Assembly: GCA_963596085.1 (NCBI GenBank)
Contig: CAVBLW010000037.1
Coordinates: forward strand, 20,961 to 84,960
Direction: 5' to 3'
DNA from: Bacteroidaceae bacterium
GTDB taxonomy: Bacteria; Bacillota_I; Bacilli_A; Erysipelotrichales; Erysipelotrichaceae
DNA length: 64,000 nucleotides
The translations under genes were made by a program, and so were the position numbers. Below the pieces are notes generated by a model, which was not told the origin of the DNA, did not search any database, and was given only the letters and a program-made list of their open reading frames with translations. Shown one piece after another: positions 57,302 to 64,000 of this stretch (position 1 is the first letter of the stretch; each line of letters begins with the position of its first letter).

Positions 57302-58339
57302 ATGTTATTTCAAATCTATGGACCGAATGCAGGATGGCAACTTTTAGGTTGGCTTTTTGTTTTTGTTGGTCTAATTCTTGCCAATGAAATAGCTCGTACA
57401 AAATGGGGTGGCATTGGCATATTTGGGCTTTTATTAGCTGTTTTAAGTATTTATTTTGTATCAATCTATGTAGGTGTGGCGAAAGGTTCAGAATGGGCAA
57501 TACATAATGATACTTATGTCCATATGAATTCATGGTTCCATTATGCCAAACTATATGCAGCTGCAACGGGTTGTATTGGCTTTATGATCATTAAATACAA
57601 ATGGGGAAAGTTAGGTAAGGCTCATTGGTTTAAAGCTTTTCCATTTGTGATTGTAGCTATTAATATTTTAATTGCGGTTGCTTCTGATTTCGAAAGTGCG
57701 ATTCGTGCTGGATCCTTATCTGGTGGATGGTGGTATTCATCTGAAGGTGTTTGGCTTTATGGCGGTTGGTGGAATGTATTAAATGGTATAGCCGGTTTGA
57801 TCAATATTTTCTGTATGACAGGTTGGTGGCACATTTATACTTCAAAAAATAAAAAAGATATGTTATGGCCAGATATGACTTGGGTATATATTCTTGCTTA
57901 TGATGTTTGGAACTTCCAATATACTTATTTAAATTTACCAACCCATGCATGGTATTGTGGTATGGCTTTACTTTTAGCTCCAACTTTTGCGAACTTCTTA
58001 TGGAACAAAGGTGGTTGGATACAGAACCGTGCGAATACTTTAGCAATTTGGTGTATGTTTGCACAAGTATTTCCAATGTTCCAAGATGGCTCCGTCTTTT
58101 CGGTTGTTCCAGTTCTTTATGAAAAAGGAACGATTGCAGCTGCAACCGCTGCAGGAAGTCATCCGATTTTAGGTACCGCAAGTATGCAAGGTTTTATTTC
58201 TGTTCTTTCAATTGCAATTAATGTAGTAGCTTTTGGCTATATTCTTAAAAAGTCATTTGCGAATAAAAAGAATCCTTATAAAAACGAAGTCTTTACAGAA
58301 CAAAAAGATTATCAAGAAGCGATGTCTCGTGTTGAATAA
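57302..58339 (+). CDS. hypothetical Trp-rich polytopic membrane protein (possibly DUF5692-like)
   Basis: About 9 hydrophobic segments and many W residues (GGWWYSSEGVWLYGGWWNVLNG). AGGAGG RBS. Family assignment is from memory only. Confidence 0.45.
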   Translation: MLFQIYGPNAGWQLLGWLFVFVGLILANEIARTKWGGIGIFGLLLAVLSIYFVSIYVGVAKGSEWAIHNDTYVHMNSWFHYAKLYAAATGCIGFMIIKYKWGKLGKAHWFKAFPFVIVAINILIAVASDFESAIRAGSLSGGWWYSSEGVWLYGGWWNVLNGIAGLINIFCMTGWWHIYTSKNKKDMLWPDMTWVYILAYDVWNFQYTYLNLPTHAWYCGMALLLAPTFANFLWNKGGWIQNRANTLAIWCMFAQVFPMFQDGSVFSVVPVLYEKGTIAAATAAGSHPILGTASMQGFISVLSIAINVVAFGYILKKSFANKKNPYKNEVFTEQKDYQEAMSRVE

Positions 58340-58343
58340 TAAG

Positions 58344-58372
58344 AAATCCCATCTTCGATTGATGGGATTTTT
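58344..58372. terminator. bidirectional terminator between convergent genes
   Basis: AAATCCCATC-ttcgatt-GATGGGATTT. Confidence 0.75.
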
Positions 58373-58376
58373 CATT

Positions 58377-59030
58377 TCATTGAATATTTAAGGCTTGTTG
58401 TGGTTTAACAATAAATCGTTCAATTCGTTTATTTAAAAGTTTAGCATCTAAATTTACAATAAAACCAGTTAAACAAGATGCAATAATCGTTCCTAATCCT
58501 ACAGATTGAACAGAATGTAATAAACAAAGTGATAATAGAATGGATGTAAGCGTAATGGCAATGTCAACAATAACACGAAGGGTGCCGAATGTAATTTTTG
58601 TTTTTTCAGATAAAGCTTTCATAAAGCCTTCATAAGGCATAACCGTTACATGGGATTGAACGGTTAAGTTAACACCAAGTGCCATCACAAAGCAGGCAAA
58701 CATCGCAAGAAGTATTTGTTCCGCTAAAGATGTCGGGTGAATACCGGTTAGGAATAATCCAGTAAATTTAATGGCATAGGCATAAATAAATGTAATTAGA
58801 AGCTGAACGGCTTCGGCTTTGGAAAATCTTTTTAATAAGATACATTCAATTACGACACAGAATGCATTCACGATAAAATTATAAAACGCATAACTTCCTG
58901 GAAGTAGGAAGGTGAATGTTAAAGCTAAGGAACAAGATGGGGCAACACCTAAAGCAGCATTTAAAAATAAATTGGAGCCAATTGCTAATGCAAGAATACC
59001 TGTTAAATAAATTACGAGTTTCCGTTTCAT
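58377..59030 (-). CDS. YczE/DUF6198-like membrane protein (stand-alone)
   Basis: LVIYLTGILALAIGSNLFLNAALGVAPSCS N-terminus and 6-TM profile. Resembles the membrane half of 21268-22551. Confidence 0.6.
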   Translation of the reverse strand: MKRKLVIYLTGILALAIGSNLFLNAALGVAPSCSLALTFTFLLPGSYAFYNFIVNAFCVVIECILLKRFSKAEAVQLLITFIYAYAIKFTGLFLTGIHPTSLAEQILLAMFACFVMALGVNLTVQSHVTVMPYEGFMKALSEKTKITFGTLRVIVDIAITLTSILLSLCLLHSVQSVGLGTIIASCLTGFIVNLDAKLLNKRIERFIVKPQQALNIQ

Positions 59031-59173
59031 GATTTTTCACCTCATTCTCTTCAATTATTTTATAACATGGAATTGAATGAAAGTAAATAATAAATTATCA
59101 TAAAACGATAATAAATTAATATATTAATATAAAGTTTGAGATTGATATAGGATTGTTATTTAAGCGTAAAAAT

Positions 59174-59196
59174 AAAAAAACACTCTTAACAGAGTG
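59174..59196 (-). terminator. terminator downstream of tRNA-Asn
   Basis: Minus strand reads CACTCT-gtta-AGAGTG followed by TTTTTTT. Confidence 0.7.
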
Positions 59197-59209
59197 TTAT
59201 TTATAAAAA

Positions 59210-59285
59210 TGGCGCCTCAAACAAGACTCGAACTTGTGACCTGCCGGTTAACAGCCGGATGCTCTACCAACTGAGCTATTGAGGC
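59210..59285 (-). tRNA. tRNA-Asn (anticodon GUU), CCA encoded
   Basis: Reverse complement GCCTCAA-TA-GCTC-AGTTGGTA-GAGC-A-TCCGG-CTGTTAA-CCGGC-AGGTC-ACAAG-TTCGAGT-CTTGT-TTGAGGC-G-CCA folds as a 76-nt cloverleaf. One U:C mismatch at the top of the anticodon stem. Confidence 0.9.
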
Positions 59286-59368
59286 GTTTGCGTTACCCTT
59301 AACGCTCAATAATAATAGCATGAGATTAGGGACGATGCAAGTGTTTTTTTAAAAAAATTTATTTTTTT

Positions 59369-59983
59369 TTATTCTTTGCTTTGAGAACGCAAAATAGCTC
59401 GAATGGCATCGAACAAATAGACCTTAAATTCATTGATTGGTAAAGGATCGTTATTGATGATACTTCCATAACAAGAGCTTCCAACAAAATCAAGAATCAT
59501 AAATAAAACGACATCGCTATTTTCATAATGATATCCACATTGTTTTGCCATTTCAGAAAAGTTCTTACGAATATGCAATTCATCATTTTCATAGCTCTTT
59601 CGTACATAATCGGAAAAGATTCCCCAGGATAGGTTCTTCTTGATAAAAGATAAGATCATTTTATTGGATTCAAGATCGATTAAAATTTGGTTTATTAAAT
59701 AAATAATGGCATCTTCAAAATTGCGGATGTCGTTTTCTTCTAATTTTTTTTGGGCATTTAAAAAAATACGCCGGCTTTCTCTTGAAATTAAAATATCACG
59801 AATTTGGTATTTATCTTTAAAGTAGAGATAAAAAGTACCTTTGGCAACTTCCGCTTTTTTTGCGATATCACTGATTGTTACTGTATGAAAATCATTATTT
59901 GTGAATAATTCAAAGGCGGCGCTCAATAATTTATTTTCTTTTATTTTTTTATTTTCAATAATTTTTGATTTCATTTGCTCCAC
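59369..59983 (-). CDS. TetR/AcrR family transcriptional regulator
   Basis: N-terminal HTH FHTVTISDIAKKAEVAKGTFYLYFKDKY. Divergent from the MMPL gene. Confidence 0.9.
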   Translation of the reverse strand: MEQMKSKIIENKKIKENKLLSAAFELFTNNDFHTVTISDIAKKAEVAKGTFYLYFKDKYQIRDILISRESRRIFLNAQKKLEENDIRNFEDAIIYLINQILIDLESNKMILSFIKKNLSWGIFSDYVRKSYENDELHIRKNFSEMAKQCGYHYENSDVVLFMILDFVGSSCYGSIINNDPLPINEFKVYLFDAIRAILRSQSKE

Positions 59984-60073
59984 CTCTTTTCATGCGTATT
60001 ATAAACAAAATTAGACTAGTGGTCAATTTTTTTAGTTATTTCACGTAAATTGTCTAAAATGGCCACAAAATAA

Positions 60074-60102
60074 TTGACTATCAGTCAGTATGGAACTATA
60101 CT
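60074..60102 (+). promoter_or_regulatory. MMPL-operon promoter with overlapping palindromic operator
   Basis: TTGACT-N17-TATACT. Perfect 5-3-5 palindrome TGACT-ATC-AGTCA (60075-60087) overlaps the -35 and spacer. Confidence 0.55.
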
Positions 60103-60125
60103 CATTTACGTTGAGGTGAGGATGT

Positions 60126-62228
60126 ATGGAAAAAATATCAAATTTTATCGTTAAATACCGTAATAAAATCCTTATTTTAGCGATTCTATTATTAATCCCC
60201 AGTTTTTTTGGTTATATAGGAACGGGAATCAACTATGATTTGCTATCTTATTTACCAGAAAGCGCTGAATCCATGAAAGCCCAAGAAATCTTAGGTGATG
60301 ATTTTAACCTTTCGAGTGTAGATTTCTTAGTCGTTAATGGAATGAAAGATAAAGATGTTGCTAAACTTAAAAAGGATGTCAAAAAGATTGACGGTGTTGA
60401 AAAAGTATATTGGCGTGATGATGTCTTGCCAATCACCATTCCGAAACAAGCATTACCTGAAAGTGTACGCAGTATGTTATATTCGGATGATGGTTCAACG
60501 ATGATGATCATTACCTTTAAAGAAGGTACAGCATCAGATCGAACCATGACAGCAATTTCTAATATCAAAAAGGTTGCTGGAAAGAAATGTTTCTTAGCAG
60601 GTATGTCTGCATTGAGTGAAGATACCAAAGATATGATTAATTCCGATATGCCAGTCTTTAGTGTGATTGCCATTATCTTGGTTTTAATTGTCTTATGGTT
60701 TGGATTGGAAAGTAATTTTGCTCCTTTTGTCTTTATGCTTGGGATTGCTTTCCCAATTGCTTATAACTTTGGTACAAACGTTATTTTTGGACAAATTTCT
60801 TATATTACGCAAGCATTGGCAATGGTCTTACAATTAGCAGTTACAATGGATTATTCGATCTTCTTGTTGCATCGATACCAAGAAGAAAAAATGCGTGGTC
60901 ATGAAAATGAAGAGGCAATGTCTTTAGCAATCCAACAAACTTTTGTATCAATTTCTTCAAGTTCAATTACTACAATTGCTGGATTTATGGCTTTATGTGC
61001 AATGTCTTTAACTTTAGGAAAAGATATTGGTTTGGTTATGGCCAAAGGGGTTGTTCTAGGCGTATTAAGTACAATCTTTATTCTTCCGAGTTTATTAATG
61101 ATTTTTGATAAACAAATTGAAAAGAAGAAACATAAAGTATTGATTCGTCCTTTAAAGAAAATACCAGCAAAAATTATTAATCATCATAAAGCAATTTTAA
61201 TTGTTTTTGCGATTGCTTTTATTCCAATGCTTTATGCAAACAATAATGCGAGTGTTTATTATGATTTGATTTCGAATATGCCACAATCATTCAATAGTGT
61301 ACAAGGTACAAATCAATTGAAATCAAAATTTAAAATGAATACTACACACTTTGTTCTAGTTAGTAATGAAGTTTCAATTAAAGATATTCAAGAGATGTGT
61401 GATTCAATTGAAGAATTAGATGGAATTCACAATGTTTTATCTTATGAAACAGCCGTTGGGCCAACGATTCCTTCAAGCTTTGAACCAAGTGCTATTAAAG
61501 AAATTTTAAATCAAAATGGTCGCCGTTTAATTGTTGTGAACAGTGACTATGGAGCAGCAAAAGATGAATTAAATGATCAATTGGATCAAATGGATAAAAT
61601 CATTCATAAATATGACAAGAAAGCGGTCATTGGTGGAGAAGGTAAGTTAACTGAAGATTTGATTCATACTTGCCAAACCGATTTCAAGATGGTAAATGCC
61701 GTATCAATTCTATTAATCTTTGTGATTATTGCGATTACCTTTAAGTCCTTTGCGATTCCATTGATTCTTGTTGCAACCATTGAATTTGCAATCAATATTA
61801 ATATGGGTATTCCATATTTTACTGGAACCGTATTACCATTTATTGCACCAATTGTTATCGGAACGATTCAATTGGGAGCAACTGTCGATTATGCAATCTT
61901 ATTAACTTCACGTTTTAGAGAAGAATTAGAAAAAGGAAAGCATGCAAAACATGCGATTGGTTCAGCGATTAAAAATACCAGTACATCAATTATGACAAGT
62001 GGTTTATCTTTCTTTGCTGCTTGTATTGGTGTAAGTTTTATTGCAAAAATGGACTTATTAAAGAGTATTTGTATTTTATTAGCACGTGGTGCCTTAGTCA
62101 GTGTGGTATGTATCTTAGTTGTATTACCAACATTGCTCTTGGTATTCCACAAATTTATTGAAAAAACGACAAAAGGATGGCCTGTCGCAACTGTAGAGAA
62201 AGGAATGATCACCAATGAAGATGAATAA
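60126..62228 (+). CDS. MMPL-family (RND superfamily) membrane transporter
   Basis: 700 aa with two 6-TM bundles, each preceded by a soluble loop domain. Typical MMPL architecture next to a TetR gene. Confidence 0.85.
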   Translation: MEKISNFIVKYRNKILILAILLLIPSFFGYIGTGINYDLLSYLPESAESMKAQEILGDDFNLSSVDFLVVNGMKDKDVAKLKKDVKKIDGVEKVYWRDDVLPITIPKQALPESVRSMLYSDDGSTMMIITFKEGTASDRTMTAISNIKKVAGKKCFLAGMSALSEDTKDMINSDMPVFSVIAIILVLIVLWFGLESNFAPFVFMLGIAFPIAYNFGTNVIFGQISYITQALAMVLQLAVTMDYSIFLLHRYQEEKMRGHENEEAMSLAIQQTFVSISSSSITTIAGFMALCAMSLTLGKDIGLVMAKGVVLGVLSTIFILPSLLMIFDKQIEKKKHKVLIRPLKKIPAKIINHHKAILIVFAIAFIPMLYANNNASVYYDLISNMPQSFNSVQGTNQLKSKFKMNTTHFVLVSNEVSIKDIQEMCDSIEELDGIHNVLSYETAVGPTIPSSFEPSAIKEILNQNGRRLIVVNSDYGAAKDELNDQLDQMDKIIHKYDKKAVIGGEGKLTEDLIHTCQTDFKMVNAVSILLIFVIIAITFKSFAIPLILVATIEFAININMGIPYFTGTVLPFIAPIVIGTIQLGATVDYAILLTSRFREELEKGKHAKHAIGSAIKNTSTSIMTSGLSFFAACIGVSFIAKMDLLKSICILLARGALVSVVCILVVLPTLLLVFHKFIEKTTKGWPVATVEKGMITNEDE

Positions 62229-64000
62229 ACAAGGAGTGAATCCTCAAACAATTAAAGCAATTGGCGCTTGTATTTTAAGTGCTACGATGACAATGAGCTT
62301 ATTCAGTGCACCTGTATTTGCTCAAACGAGTGAAGTATCGAATCCAGAAGATATTTCAAAAACAGAAACTGTTTATGCAACCTTAAATGATGATGGTAGT
62401 GTTTCTAATACCATTGTTTCGAGTTGGTTACATGATGGAAATGGAATTCATAACATTCAAGAAGAATTAAATTTAACCAATGTAGAAAATATTAAAACCA
62501 ATGATAAGATCCAAAAGAGTGGAAATACCTATACATGGAATGCCAGTGGAAATGATGTCTATTATCAAGGCGATTCAACTCAAGAATTACCTGTACAAGT
62601 AGCCATTACTTATTATATGGATGGACAAGAATATACAGCGAGTGAAATGAAAGGTAAAAGTGGACATATGAAGATTAATGTTCATTTTAACAACACAATT
62701 TCAAGTGTAACTTCATCGGGTGTACGTGTACATCCAGGTTATTTAGCTGGTGGTATTTTACAACTAGAAAATGGAAACTATTCCAATGTTTCTTGTTCAA
62801 CTGGAAAAATTATTAACGATGGTTCAAAACAAATTTTAGCTTTTGCTTCTGTACCAGGATTAGCGGATACCTTGGATTCAGCTGGCTTATCTCAATTGAC
62901 TGAAAAAATCCAAGCCAGCGATGATTGTGTCATTGAAGCAGATGTTGAAGATTTTGATGCAGGAACTTTGATGATTGGAATGTCAAGTGACTTTGATTTA
63001 AATGATTTACTTGAAGTTGGTAATATTCCTGATTTAGCAAGCAGTGTTAATGAAATTGTAGATGCTGCAGATCAATTAGAAGATGGTGCAAAACAATTGT
63101 ATGAAGGAACAACTCAATTAAAAACCCAAGCTTCTCCTCTTACAAGTGCATCTGGTAGTGTTCGTACGCTTGCTAGCGCATTCACTCAATTAAATAGTGG
63201 TGCTCAAACCATGGCTCAAGGTGTTAAAACTTATACGGATGGAGTTGATTTATTAGCTGCTGGTAGTGAAAAATTAACTGGAATTAATGATGGAATTGAT
63301 CAAGTACAAGCTGGTGTTTCTGGTGGACAAACAAGCTTATTGGCTGGAGCTACTCAATTAAATCAAGGTTTAGCACAATTAAAGAGTCAAACCGATAGTA
63401 TTGATGAAGATCAATTGGATGATTTAGAAGCAAAATTAGCGCAAGCAAAAACAACGCTTGAGGGTATGTCAAAAACTTTGGATACGGATACGACAAAATT
63501 AGAAGGATTGGCATCTAGTCTAGAAGAAGCTCAAAAAACGCTTGAAGCTTTAGAAAAAGACCAAACCTTATCAAATCAAATTACACAACTTGCTAGTGAT
63601 GTACAAAGTTTAAATAAAGAAATAAGCTCTAAAAATAGTGAAATTTCTAGTAAAAATACGGAGCTTCAATCAAAAGTAGATAGCATCAATAGCCAAATTG
63701 ACACTGTTAATGAATCGATTAATACGTCTATACGAAACGCACAAAATAGTATCGATAGCGCATATAATATGGCCTTATCTTCTTTAGAGCAAGCAAGAGA
63801 TACAGCACCGGATGATCAAAAATCAGCGATTGATCAAGCAATTAGCAATTTAGGAAATGCACCAGTCATTCCAACGGCTTCGACGATTTCTCATATTTCA
63901 GTGGATGATTTAAAAACAATGAGCGAATTGGATTCAAGTGCTGTTGTTAAAGATGCACAAGAAATTCAAGGAACTTTAAAGAAATTAGGAAGTTCTTTAA
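62215..64000 (+). CDS. secreted YhgE/Pip-like protein with X-X-X-Leu-X-X-Gly-type heptad repeats (3' end outside window)
   Basis: Not in the ORF track because no stop is reached. ATG 62215/62221 overlaps the MMPL stop. Signal peptide ...SAPVFA-QTSE. Later LEDGAKQLYEGTTQLKTQ...LNSGAQTMAQGVKTYTDGVDLLAAGSEKL...LLAGATQLNQGLAQLKSQ repeats. Confidence 0.65.
   Translation, partial: MKMNKQGVNPQTIKAIGACILSATMTMSLFSAPVFAQTSEVSNPEDISKTETVYATLNDDGSVSNTIVSSWLHDGNGIHNIQEELNLTNVENIKTNDKIQKSGNTYTWNASGNDVYYQGDSTQELPVQVAITYYMDGQEYTASEMKGKSGHMKINVHFNNTISSVTSSGVRVHPGYLAGGILQLENGNYSNVSCSTGKIINDGSKQILAFASVPGLADTLDSAGLSQLTEKIQASDDCVIEADVEDFDAGTLMIGMSSDFDLNDLLEVGNIPDLASSVNEIVDAADQLEDGAKQLYEGTTQLKTQASPLTSASGSVRTLASAFTQLNSGAQTMAQGVKTYTDGVDLLAAGSEKLTGINDGIDQVQAGVSGGQTSLLAGATQLNQGLAQLKSQTDSIDEDQLDDLEAKLAQAKTTLEGMSKTLDTDTTKLEGLASSLEEAQKTLEALEKDQTLSNQITQLASDVQSLNKEISSKNSEISSKNTELQSKVDSINSQIDTVNESINTSIRNAQNSIDSAYNMALSSLEQARDTAPDDQKSAIDQAISNLGNAPVIPTASTISHISVDDLKTMSELDSSAVVKDAQEIQGTLKKLGSSL

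Noticed and set aside
59031-59368. Lone tRNA-Asn as the attachment site of a genomic island.
   Set aside because: I saw no integrase, no excisionase and no repeat of the tRNA 3' end in the window. The flanking genes look like ordinary chromosomal membrane-protein and regulator genes.

Overview
AT-rich (about one-third G+C by eye) chromosomal segment of a low-GC Gram-positive bacterium (Bacillota; finer taxonomy not determinable here). Most of the window is core genome. There is an rpsF-ssb-rpsR block followed by yybS-like/gdpP/rplI/dnaB. A complete upp-atpIBEFHAGDC F1Fo ATP synthase operon, trkAH and pflBA follow. A ZTP (pfl-motif) riboswitch, absent from the ORF track, precedes pflB. I found no CRISPR array, transposase, integrase, phage genes or recognisable defence system. 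The less ordinary parts are listed here. (1) At 5.2-13.5 kb, a PucR-linked locus has two DDAH-like guanidino-group hydrolase paralogs, a PotABCD-type importer and an M20 carbamoyl-amidase. It looks like an uncharacterised guanidino-compound uptake and breakdown pathway, and its PucR gene carries an in-frame TAG. (2) At 13.5-16.3 kb, a small accessory islet carries a 137-bp promoter-plus-start-codon segment as a direct repeat. One copy is fused to a decayed LytTR gene with an intact DUF3021-like partner. The other copy drives an orphan ORF with a shortened ATP-grasp-like N-terminal half. (3) A MarR operon encodes a YczE-like membrane domain fused to a cytidylate-kinase-like P-loop domain, behind a 45-bp palindromic operator. 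(4) A roughly 110-nt G+C-rich island of unknown nature lies next to a 5'-truncated histidine-phosphatase relic. (5) A BcrAD/BadFG double-ATPase, DUF2229-like and CmpB-like module is present. (6) A TetR-MMPL-YhgE/Pip-like module runs off the window end. All product calls come from motif and family recognition by eye, with no database search. Start codons were refined by hand where a Shine-Dalgarno sequence argued against the track start.
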